A stretch of 64,000 nucleotides of DNA, from positions 124,001 to 188,000 of the forward strand of contig NW_026860876.1 of the NCBI RefSeq assembly GCF_026571515.1, read 5' to 3'. This document shows positions 1-12,200 of the stretch, piece by piece (positions within the stretch are counted from its first letter, which is position 1; the number at the start of each line of letters is the position of its first letter). Source of the stretch: Ruditapes philippinarum (taxonomy: Eukaryota). The position numbers and the translations under genes are program-made. The notes below the pieces were generated by a model. It had not been told where the DNA came from, ran no database searches, and saw only the letters and a program-made list of their open reading frames with translations.

Positions 1-167
1 CAATCCATACACTGTGATATTATGTTTTTCAACCATGAAATGCTTGCATAATTTTAAAGATATAAAATAATTAAAATTTTCCATGAAATAAATAAAATTG
101 ATAACTTTATTCAAGATTTCTATATTAAAATTATTAAGGGAATGCTTTTATACAAGAGGAAAGTCTC

Positions 168-1166
168 AAGTCATGCTGTGTATTGGTATTTTTCTGAGAG
201 CAACTGTTTTCATTACACTGGTCTCCTGCTGATAAGAGGGCCTCTGGGTAAATAACAAAAATGCAGATGTATGCAATATTTATTTAAAATTTCCTATTTT
301 TTTCCAAAATACATGTAAGACATAGATAAATGACTATAACTTTTGTATAATCAAATGTAAAAAATAATCATAATGGCATAAACGCATGTTAGATATTATT
401 GTCATTATTGTCTTTGAAGTTGAATTTTCTAATCTTATCATAAAAAACTGGTTTAAAAATCAATATCAGTGTTAACTTTTCTAGAAAGACTTCATATCAA
501 TATTTATCCACATTTCTTGCAATTCTGCATTAAAATGTGCAGCATCTTTTAGTTTCTGAACTAGGAAATGTTAATGTTTTATATTATAGATTTGACATAT
601 TTGCCTTGTCAGTTTTAACACATTTAGAAAATAATATATTTTAAAGAAAATATTTAAATACATGATTATAAAACTTTTGCAACTTCCTTTTCACTTTAAT
701 GCAGATCTTTTAAAAAAAAAATAAAATATCATACATGAGCAGAAAACAGTTACAGAAGATTAAAGTGTCAAAAGTCATGCTGTGTATTGGTGTTTTAATA
801 TAGTACCCTGCTGATAAGAGAGCCCCTCAGGGTAAATAACAAAAGGCAGATGATAAATATAAGTAGGCAATGTAGGGAATTCTGTATTCTCTGGATGTTG
901 GTGCAAATAAATTTCATTACAAGTAGTACAAAAAGAAAAAAAATATTTTTGCAGTTTATAATAAACTTATAAAAATAATCATATAGCATAATTATGTTGC
1001 AATGCATGAAAAAAAGAAAAAAGATTGGTATCGTCTCAAAAATGGAAATGAAAGATTTTCTAATCTTTTTATTAATATCCATGTCAGTTAAAGTATACAG
1101 TTACTAGTGTCCCACATGTACATATCAATACTTAAGCCACACATATCAATACTTAATCCACATTTC
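168..1166 (+). repeat. Old ~600-bp direct duplication
   Basis: Blocks AAGTCATGCTGTGTATTGGT, CCTGCTGATAAGAG, GGGTAAATAACAAAA, AAAAATAATCATATA and CATATCAATA..ATCCACATTTC recur in order at 168-516 and 772-1166. Confidence 0.75.
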
Positions 1167-1797
1167 ATACATACCACCATTATATATAAATATTTATTTT
1201 AAGAATAATATATAATCATCATTTATATTAATCTTAGGTGATTCTCAGTTTGAGAAGGTAAGAAAGATTATAAATGGGACAAAATTGACAAAATTTAGGC
1301 CAGTTATAAACAAATTAATTCTTTAATGTATTAAAGGCTATTAATGCTTAAAACCATTACCTTTAACTAAAACAACCTTTCCCATAAGTTAAGATAAAAA
1401 ATAACTAATTGGTATAATTTGTCCCCCCACTCCCTCCAAAAAAACAACAACAAAAAAAATTGACTGAATTTTGTTTAATTAGCATATCAATGTTTCATAT
1501 TTCATTACCAGATTTTAATAAAATAGAATCATATCAAATATCAATTAAAGCTATAATTGTTTATATTTACTTATTCTAACAATTAAGTTTTAAAGTACAA
1601 AATCAGTAAAATTAATGACTTTGAAAAATTATTGTTCTAATAGTTTACGCCATATTTTACAAAATCAAATATTCACAAATTCAAATTTATTATGAAAAAC
1701 TATTATACAGATATCTATATTTATCTATCTTTTTGTAAAAGTCAAGTTGCTATTCATTGAAATAAAAGGTAACTGCTTGATACATATAATAGGTCTG

Positions 1798-1900
1798 GTG
1801 CACTACAAAGTGCACTTATGAAGTGCACTAGTAGTGCACTACTAGTGCACTTTGAAGTGCACTAGTAGTGCACATCTAGTGCACTCCTAGTGCACTTTGT
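1798..1900. repeat. Array of nine GTGCAC palindromes (11-13 bp period)
   Basis: (A)GTGCAC(T) repeats with 3-5 nt variable spacers; near-terminal units ACAAAGTGCACT / AGTGCACTTTGT are reverse complements. Confidence 0.9.
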
Positions 1901-2233
1901 GTAACCTTTAGTGTGAACTCAACTGTAGGCATTGTTAAACATTGTTCATTTTTTCTTTTCACATCAGAGTAGGATAAAGAATTTCTTTCCTTATTTTTCA
2001 CCTTCCTACTCCCCCTTCCTTTCCTCCTCCTTTTTATTATTTCATTCTTTCAGATTCTCCTACCTTCCTTTCAATTCATTCCTAATTTGCTAATTCCGTA
2101 CTCAATCACTCAATCACTTCCTTATCTATTCTCTTATTTACAAATTTTTCACTCACTCAATCACTAACTCCATTCCTTCTTGCTTGCTTCCCGGTAACTA
2201 AGGTATTAACTCCTTCCTTCTGTACCTCATTAC

Positions 2234-2429
2234 GCCTCCGTGGTCGAGGGGTTAGAGTCGATGACTACCTCTCTAGCGTGGGTTCGATCCCCGGGATATG
2301 CTTTGGTAGTTTAGCGCGGAGGAAGGTAGTCTAGTACTGGTGTAACTCTCCAGGAACGATGGTTAGGAAACTACCCGCATATATGACTGAAATACTGTTG
2401 GAAAAATGCGTAAAATGAAACAAACAAAC
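2234..2429 (+). mobile_element. tRNA-derived SINE
   Basis: A-box TGGTCGAGGGG, B-box GGTTCGATCCC, 3' tail ATGACTGAAATACTGTTG..CGTAAAA and (AAAC)n. Confidence 0.75.
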
Positions 2430-2820
2430 TGTACTTTATTCCTCTTCTTAACTGTCTCAATCACATGCCCAAACAACTTATATCTCTTGTTCTGCAATTA
2501 AGATATATGAACTATGATCCATGATAAGCGTCACAATCACATCTGCGTAACTTTCAAAACTTAAAACGGTTACGGTTACTTGTATGTTCCTAGTTCAATA
2601 AACATTTTCCTTTTTAGAATTTCGTGACAATCAGATATAATATTAACAGATAAATCACGAATAGTGAAACATTATAATACCACATTGCTTTCAGTATGAT
2701 ATTCCTGTGGACTAAAATAATATTAATAACTGTCATCCTTTAAGATATTTGATTTAAAATACTAATATTTCTTTATTGTTTTGTGTCCTTGTAAAACAAA
2801 AATACAGTTAGTAAAATATG

Positions 2821-2940
2821 ATAAACAAGATCATCAAGGAAAGGCGGCATTCAATGCACGAAACCCCCACACGACCCTGTAACAGGAACCAGTGGCAAGG
2901 AGCCATGGATGATCTTAAAAAAAAACAGGACGCAAGGGAG
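2821..2940 (+). repeat. Dispersed repeat family B (representative copy)
   Basis: Core CAAGGAAAGGCGGCGTTCAATGCACGCAACCCCCACACGACC..ACAGGAACCAGTGGCAAGGAGC also occurs at ~33494-33585, 36131-36265 and partially at 22841-22866. Confidence 0.75.
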
Positions 2941-3639
2941 AGTTTACGCCCAAAAATGGCATAATTGAAGACACGGTCTTATGGAGCCTGTTCAGGGGAT
3001 GTTGTGGTAAGTGCAACGCTATCATCCACACCTTCTTGTACAAACTAAAGCAGAATTCAACATTTATAAATGATAGCGGTTAACTTTGAAACGTCCGCAG
3101 TTATGTCTGTACGGCGATTATCATTATATAAGTTTGTGGTATCAGAAGTAAAAGAGTTTTTAAAAACACCTTTTTTGAGCATACAGATGAGTCTGACAAT
3201 GGTCATTTGTTATATCTGAAAGGTATGACAATTTAAGCTAAACATAGGCTATATTCAATCGTTCAGCATAAAGATATTTACGCAGTATCGATTCGTCGGC
3301 TATATAGATACAAATCAACAAATAGCATCATTTATTAATAAGAAAGTAACAGTTGAGTCATAATAAACTAATTGGGGTGGGAAAATAAAACATTGTAATA
3401 AATCCTGAATGGTATCATTACTCCACAGGGAACAACTTCTCTAAAAATAAATGTGTCTGCAATGCCCTGTAAAGTATTTGCCTTTACATTCAGATAGAAT
3501 GTGATGACAATAGTGTAACACTGCTCCTTGTTTAATTCTAAACATTTAGTTTCGTTTTTATCATACAATGCAGTCAAACAAGATAGCTTATTTTGTACAA
3601 ATTTATCAAGTTCTTTCTAACATCATTTTACCATTTTCA

Positions 3640-3820
3640 TCTCTGTTTCGATTACGAAACAAGTTCTTGCAACTTATATAAATCACTCTCGAGTCCGCCT
3701 CCTGGAACCAACAAGTACTGGTGTGATATGAAGGAACACGGTCGTGACTCGATGAGGGCTCGAACCCATGATCCCTGGGTTGAGAAGCAAACACCTTAAT
3801 CAATAGGCAACCGCTCCGCT
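3640..3820 (-). mobile_element. tRNA-derived SINE
   Basis: Minus strand has B-box GGTTCGAGCCC, then AGTACTTGTTGGTTCCAGGAGGCGGACTCGAG, a body shared with the SINE at 27197. Confidence 0.7.
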
Positions 3821-6800
3821 TTAATGATTGTAATGAGGTCAATAAAATTTAATATAATCTTTCAATCATAATCGTTATATTTGAGCCTTTTTAATGTTAA
3901 TTTATTATTATCATCAACATTCGGTTTTCGACATGAGCGAACAAATCGGATCGGGTTTACTCTCACAATCACATAAAAATGTAAGTGAAAAAAATGCACA
4001 TTGTTGACACATGTTTCAAGTTGTAATTTCAAATCTAGCATCACTGAATTAAGTTCAGTTTGACAAAATTTTACTGTTTAATGTTATCAACAACCGGATG
4101 TACGAGGACTTACGTACGTAGGGCTATTCAAATATTGTGTAGTGGCACTTTTTAAACAAGTGGTATATCGGACATAATATTATTTGCAATGGGCTAGTAA
4201 GCGATATTTTTATGCTGGAGTTAAACATGTAGTTACTGTTTTCTTATTCCATGTTGTTGCTCGATTTCTTGATAACGTTTATCCATAAAATGTAAGTCAA
4301 TAGAATTTAGATAATAATTTTCCGTAAACTATTATTAATAGTACTCTATAGTGATAAATGATGTCGCACCTGCATAACCGATAGCAAAACTGACATCTAT
4401 ACGCCACCAGGATTTGTAAGGTTATGCAAAAGCAATTACCGATAGGTTTTGCTCGGAAATTAGGAAAAACTTATATCAATTAATTCTGTATGATCAGATG
4501 TTAAAATTGTTAAAATTGGAATAAGGTTATAAAAACGGTTATCCTTTTATGTTAATTCATTAAATGCAGTTCCTCCTACGTAAAGTACTAAATATATGTT
4601 GTTGGTAAAGGTGTACTAGTTTAGATAACAGTAAAGCGATCAGCTTTGATACATTGCAAAACATTTTTATAGTGTGTTAACCAGCATATCTGCTTGTTTG
4701 TATATTTTTTCAGGGTCAAGATAATATAAGTTGTATTCAGTGATTTTGATCGATACTCAATTATATCACATTATCAGTTAACAAAAAGGTCAGATTGGAA
4801 TAATAATAAGTCTATCATGAATCATGAATAAGGAAATGTGCAACTATATCATTATTTTATATCACGTTTTTCAATTTGTCATAGAATACATTCTATGAAG
4901 CTAAGAGACATGATATTTGTTTATATTCCAATGTATATAACAGTGGAATATAGAAGGCCTCTTCCTTACTGAAATATTTTGCTTTAAAAACGTGCAGTTT
5001 TCCTATCTATCTGAACTTACACCAGCTTTTTTACTATTCCATTTATAGAGATAATTCTTTCCAAAAATCAAGAGGCTAAGGCCTCGTCCATATAACGAAG
5101 AAAAATGTTACTAATAATAAAGCTAGTCGCTCTTGTAGAAATTGGTTTAGTTAGGTCAAACATTATTATGATGTCAATGATTTACATATGTACACCAGTT
5201 TTATCAGTCTTATACCTCGTTCTTCGTTCTTTCGCCCAGAATGATGAATACAAAGCAACACATAATTGTATAGATATTTGGTGTAACAAAATCAACAGTA
5301 TTGTTGGGCCCTTTGAGAGTGTATGGTAAATTTAAAAGAAAAATATAGTAAATTTATATTACCACCAAGTCATAGATCTGCCGTTTGTAAATTTCGTATT
5401 GGGGTCGCTTCAATGGGGATGGAAAATGGGATGTATAAAGGTTTACCAGAGCAAGCCATGACCTGTCCTTTTTGTAATTGATATTATAGAAAATAAATGA
5501 CATGTTATCTTGAAAAAATCTTCTTAACAATGAAATAAGGCGGTATTTGTTCACTAAAACATGTTCTTTAAGTAACAGCTTTTCGACACTTTCTAATGAT
5601 GACAAATACTATTTTCTTCTTTCAAACGTAGATATGATTCGCATTTGTGCCATAACCTGTTTTAATATTTTACAAAGACCCCGGTTTTTAATATTTATCT
5701 AATCTTCTTATTCCAGTTAATATTTATATCTTTCTATTCTGTATGAAAAACTACAGCTATTCTTATTATAATGATTTTTAACTAAAAAAAAATCGTTATT
5801 TTATTTAATATATTTTTATTTATTTTATATGATTTCTCAGTTTTAATATTATTTGCTTATTGCCTTTAATTACTTCTTCCGGGTAGTCACGGTGCTTATT
5901 AGTTTATGGAAGGCTATGGTTTCTCAATTTGAACACATAAACTTGTTGTTGTAATGATTTATGTATTTATGTATAAACATATTCTAACATTGTGATATAA
6001 ATTTTTCATCTCTTTAACTCCATGTTGGAGTGGAATTGTACATTTATTCTGTAAACTTTTCACGTTGTGTATATAATATCTGTACAATGGTGTAAATAAA
6101 GATTACTTCTACTATAATATGCAGTAATCACAGTTAACACATTTTGTCGACAAACTATTGTGTCATTATGCTTATCGACTATGTTGTCATTTTATGTTAA
6201 TTATGTTTTGCATTATTTTCATTATCATTTTTACAGCATTTTCTTCAATTAACTTCAAACTTTATCCGGTCGTGATGTAGTATATTTGTTAATTCTATTT
6301 ACTTTGTAATTCTGTAACATGAAATACACCCTGCTGTTAGTTTCAGTGTGAATTTGACGATTCCGGATACGGATATGACTTGTTCGGAAGTAGTATCATA
6401 TTTACATCCGTTCACTTTAACATCCAATTAATTATTCATGTCAATCAAATAACCACAATGTAGCAGGTCTTCTTCATCATTATCAAATAGTATTTTAAGC
6501 AATCGATACTCAACTGAGAATATATCATTTTGAAATACATGTACACTATTATAAAGTGCACCGGATAGACATTATACACAAGGTGTTTTTCACTCTCTTG
6601 TTTGCGAAAAAAATATATTTCTGTAAACCTTTTATAAAAAAATAAAAATGAAACATTGTTTTTCAGTTGTTTTATTATTCTATTATTCACTACGTATCCA
6701 ATCGGCGTTGTCCTGTCTTGATTGACAAGTTATTATGGTGTTTGTGGCAAGGACGCATACTGATATTGGTAAAAAATAAAGTTCTTAGCGGAATAAGAGT

Positions 6801-8573
6801 CCGCTGCGGAGACTAGCAAGATATTTTAAGTGATAGCGCACTATTATATATATAGAATGTTGATGACGATTTCGATTGCAAAATGAATACGCTTCAGCAG
6901 TCATCAATATAATGAAATAATCCGGGAAAACTAGACTCTTTATCGTCATGTTATTCATGAAAAGGAGTGTCAATAACTGTTACATTGCTGTCACGAAACC
7001 AATATGTCATAGATAATAGGGCAATTTATGTTAACTAGGCAACCAGTAAGCTCCATAATAGTGATTTTGTAAACCAAATGGATTAAGAAACAAATAAACT
7101 AACTGTATTACAACTAGTTTTTCTTATATAACAAAACATATGTGTCGTTTATTGACAACCTTTGATATATAACATAAAAAGAATTATTAGTATTTCAGTA
7201 CATACATGATAAAAAATTTAGCTTATAACATCACACAAACACATTCTACTTTTTTCATTATTTATGTTTTGATCGTATTTTGCGCAATATCATAACTGAT
7301 TGAAGTGTTGATACCTTATTAAAATGAACATTGTATAATTACAGCTTTACATTGCTTATTTATTCTTTTTTCTTATTCTTAAAGAAAGCACATACAAAAA
7401 TATGATATGTCTACAATGATTGATAAAGATATGTGGCAGAAATTTTACTACGAGTCCTAAGAAATGTAAAAAAATATCTGCTTTATACACACAATTAAAA
7501 CGCTCTTTACATTTAAAAACATAATGACACAGAAAATATTCAACAATGAGTAAATCATTTTAATATCAACCATAACCTTATCATTTAACAGGTTGACGTA
7601 ATGTTCAACTAATTAACATTTGTATATGTGTTTACTTATTATATCATTTCGAATATGTTGTCTTTTTGTATATGCATTACAGTTGATGATTTTTTAAATG
7701 TTGTTATTGAATTAAATGTTTTGAACAATCTTAATTACGTACACTTGTCTATTTTATTATTTTTGCTCGTAAAGAAGCATGTCAAATAATTGTAAAATGA
7801 ATAATTTGTTTTTATTTAAAAGCATATAAAAGTTTCACAGTTCATCTGTAGGGTAATTTTTCGATCTGATTAAGAACGTGAAGAGATTTTATATTGCTTA
7901 TAATTTTTAACAATTTTACCAATTATGATATATAGAGTTCTTTTTCATCGTGCTATCATATTGCATAAAAGAATCGAGATTTATTTCTTTTCCTATAAAA
8001 TTATTATAAACAATTAGTCTGGGAAATATTTTGCATGGGTTTTAAGTCAGGTAATATGGCGGGGAAGATCTTGGATATCTTGCCAATAATTTGATTAGTT
8101 CGCTTTTAGTAATAAATTGATTATATGCTGAAAACAAAACATAATCACGTTAAACGATATTTTAGAACATACATAATGATATTTCTAATAAATGAGACAA
8201 AATTTGATCTTTAATAGTTTTCAAATATAAAGTGGATTTGTAATATGCGATAAGTATTATTAATTGGTTGTATCCTCAAGAAAACTTTCCATTAATCATC
8301 TAGTTTCTTTGCTCAATGGCATGGCGGACTTGAACAAATTTAAAAAATTAATATTGACAAAAATAAAATTGAATATCATATGGTATCTAACTTTCTTATT
8401 TACAATTTGAAAAAAAAACAGACATAAAGTATTCAAACTGATCTTCCCTTTTCTACCACAACTGACTTTCGAACCATGTTTTTTACCCGAATCAAAGTCA
8501 GCAGACGTCACGGAAACAAACTCGAATATAAAATAAAATACATATACGGGAAGCAATGCTTTGCTTCAGAAAG

Positions 8574-9280
8574 CTAATGCGATTGTAGGCTTTTCAGCAA
8601 ACGAACATAATAAGCGAATGCGTTATCAAAACATTCTCTTTGTGTCGAAGAAGATGTACAGATAAGTTGCCGTTTTTCGATAGGTGACTTAATTGAAATT
8701 CCAATGTTTGACTTTAAATCATTGTTGTTGCGTCCCTTATTATTATTCAATCCAAGAACCATTGCAATGACATTTTCCAAAGAGTTATTGTCATTTGTTT
8801 TATCCAAACCATAATCACCTGACAGAGTTACTTCTGGTAAAATTACATTTTCTAGTTCATTGTTTTTCTCGTCAGTTGCCTCGTCAGGGTTAAATAAGAC
8901 TGATTGATCGTATGTGTCTTCTTTTTCCTCTGGCGATTCATTTGCGCCTGTGTCGTCAAGAAGATTCTTCAGTATATCAATCATGCCAGCAATGTTCCTG
9001 ATGTCCTGTAAACGTGTCTGTAAATCAGATTGTGGCTTAATATCAAGATTATATCCTGTGTTCTTGTCGTTCTGAAGATGAGCAAGGGTATTCTTTCGAG
9101 TCGGAAGATTTCGTTTGCCGATATTTCGAAGAGCAACAGGGTCCATCAAACTGTCGTGCATTCTAATAAACATGGAAAGTTGAGAATAGAAACACCTTTC
9201 CGAGCTTGATCCTTCGGGACACAGTCGCGATTGTAAGGCATGAAGACTTCTTGTTAATCTCGATGATTGATTTTCTGGTC
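8574..9280 (-). CDS. Coding exon 2 (terminal) of the prohormone: two Cys-loop peptides separated by an acidic/Asn-rich spacer
   Basis: Longest ORF in the window. Acceptor tattacAG|GA at 9281/9280; G+GA makes Gly, in frame with PENQSSRLTR. The spliced CDS is 807 nt (268 aa + TAG at 8576-8574). Convertase-type sites: RLTR, GKR, RK, KR. Peptides: SLHALQSRLCPEGSSSERCFYSQLSMFIRMHDSLMDPVALRNI-GKR (9248-9120) and KR-QLICTSSSTQRECFDNAFAYYVRLLKSLQSH-stop (8669-8577). Confidence 0.9.
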
Positions 9281-12200
9281 CTGTAATATATGAATTAAAT
9301 AAAAAGTTTAAAAAATAGCAAATTCGTGTGCATAATAAGTCAAAGAATTTAATAAACTTGATATTTATAGTAACCATGTATAATCAAAACGTAAACAACT
9401 AAGCGTTAAATGTAATTACACATAAAATTCCATAACTAACATGTATGTTTGCATGGAACTTTATTCATTAGACTTTAAGTAACAAATTTTCAATTTATGA
9501 TCATTCATATTGATTCACTTAAAAAAGTCTGCCAATCTTCTAACCTATGAGTATTTTTTCACATCCAAATTGAGACTAAAAACGATAAATTGAAATAAGA
9601 GCAAAACAACTTTATCAAAGGCTAAAGAACATTTGAACGGCTTTCGTTTTTTTCCACAAAGACATCCGGATACTTAAGTCTTTAGCAACTCTTATGCATT
9701 CATTGGACGCAATAAACCTAATGGCACCGCTCATTTCACGATTAATATTCCTGAAACATGCTTTATCAGCCTCCTCGTATTTCCACAGATGCAATAATTC
9801 CCTCAAGTTAAATCCAGTCATACTAAACCATTCATTGAGCGGAGTGGTGTTAACAATTTCAAACCGTATCAATTAATATGGTCGTGAAATTTCTGCTTCG
9901 GGATGAAGCTTTTATGCAGGAGATAATATAAATTAAATTGAATGGCGATTTTAGATAATTGTTTCAAATGTTTTTTTCCCAGCTAGCATCCTATAAAATG
10001 TTACATAAGTAGAAAGGTGTGGATATTTTGTAGGTTTAACAGAAATGAGAAACATACTAATACAAACAAAGTTTATTGGATTTTAAAAGTCAGTTTTAAT
10101 GAGACTTGGTTAAAAATTAATTTCTTTCTTGTAACGATATGTAGAACATCAGCGTACACTTTCTTGTACCGTGCTTGAGTACAAACAGAGATCCGAAATA
10201 TTCTAAAGCCCCTAATAAAATATTTGAAACATAACGTTTCAAGGTTCATTTGATTAGCTTTTTTCTCTCACTACCTTTTATTTCATGAACTGAATACAAA
10301 AGGTAAACGTCATTAATATTTGTTTTGGTTGTCGTTGTTGTTGTTGCTGTGGGTGTTAGAAACTTAGTGGTCTTACATGGAATATAATGTGCATTAGATT
10401 AAGAACGGTTTACTCGGTAATGGATGTATATCAAATAACTTTTAATTACTAGAATTTTTAACAGACGTAAAGTTGAACAGTGAAATAATGGTAATGAAAA
10501 TGCTAAAACACAACCACGTGATTTATTTTCAAGTTTTATGACATTCCGAAAATTAACCGATTTCAAGTCGTTTAAACCTAAAAGACAGACATTAAAAGCA
10601 ACCAACTTGATCGTTTCCCCCTAAATAATCGTCAAATATTGAATGTAGCACTCATAATTCGATGTAACTAAACCCAAAACTAAAATTAGCGCTGGATATT
10701 TACTACAGAATATGGAGCCAGACTTAATTATTTCAGCATTGAGTGCTAAAAGTTTTAATAATATTAGTTAAAAAGCGATATTGCCGTTATTGGCGCAGTT
10801 AAACTGAATATATCGGTCCGTTTAAAAAAATGGAAAAAGGCAATTTATCCCGTGTAGGCGCGCTTAATGATAAAATATTGCTCTAAGATATTAGCTTCGT
10901 CAAGGGATAAATCGTGGTTAAATAAAGTTCATGATTGCGAAAAATAAAAACTTACTTCAAAAAACTAAATAAATTCTGAAATCAAATACGGGGTCATATA
11001 GTATGCTTTTCCGTACGCTTTGGTTTTTAAATAACTAATATTTTATAAGAATGAAATAAAACGCTAAACGAATGGTTTGGATATAAAAAACATTAGCTTG
11101 TTATAATTTTCCGTATGATATTCATATTTTCATTAAATATTAATCATCTAACTCTTTATCTTGAAACCATGAATGATTAATAGGCTGTTATAATAAGCGA
11201 CAAACGGTGGTATTAAACAAATTATTCTTCAACATTTTTCCTGTAGCCTCTGGCTTACAACACACTATAATTGAAATCTGATTACCAATATTTCATGTAA
11301 TAAATGTACAATTCCAGTTTATTAAAGGTTATTTAATACATTACTTCCAATGTCTATTTTTTATCAAAATTAAAAAGATTGTTAACACGAAAAAGGAACA
11401 CAATTTCGTTCCTTTTTAATTAGTACTTATGAAAAATTAAGAAAGAAAATTTGTATATATGTGTTACAAAATAGACATTCCAAAATTGCATTATGATTTT
11501 TAGAATAATGTTTTTCACAATAAAATAAATTATAAAATAAAATTCGTGAATTTGAAGTTTTCTTTGATAAATAAATTATTATTTTATGGAAGAGTATTTT
11601 AATAATACTCAGGAAATCAATGGTGTATATGTATGCTGAACAAAAAAAGAAATTTAATCAACTACTTTGTATAATATAAGACATTGTAAATACACTGAAA
11701 CCAAATATTATCAAATGTTCGAACCTCTTTTTCTTTGTTAATAATGGCTCAATCATTTTAGAAGTATATAAGGAATTGAATCAGGTACATGCTGTATTTA
11801 GTCCAAATTACTTTTACCCAACCGCCTACTCAATACATGTACCACCTTTGTGTCAAAATTGTAATCGTAATCTGATACAAGTTAAACTCAGCACTTAATT
11901 GGGATAAATAGTAAAATTACTATATATATATAAAGACACTGAAACCGCAAAATAGGTAATTTATATAAACTTGATGTTGTCAGAAACCATCCTATTTCAC
12001 TGAAAGTTTAAATCCGGTTATTACAACATTTTTCTAGCATGATGTTTAAAATATTCAAATCTCTGATACTTTTTTATTAGTAGACAAAATACAGTGTTCT
12101 CCTTACGGTTTATAGTGCATATTCCGTTTGACAGATGAATCATTATTATTAAAGTAATATAGATATATTGCTATTTTTGTAACAATTGCTAGTGGCTTGT

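Noticed and set aside
1238-1257. Possible 20-nt microexon (ttag|GTGATTCTCAGTTTGAGAAG|gtaaga)
   Set aside because: Such matches are expected by chance in 64 kb, and there are no partner exons.
1798-1900. CRISPR-like array
   Set aside because: Repeats are 8 bp with 3-5 nt spacers, there are no cas genes, and the context is eukaryotic.
9281-9377. N-terminus (MVTINIKFIKFF...) of the 267-aa track ORF
   Set aside because: AT-rich intron end upstream of the acceptor at 9281. The signal-peptide exon at 15611-15512 gives a better start.
9615-9872. 85-aa minus-strand ORF in the prohormone intron
   Set aside because: No recognisable motif, no convincing splice sites, and the two flanking exons already join in phase.
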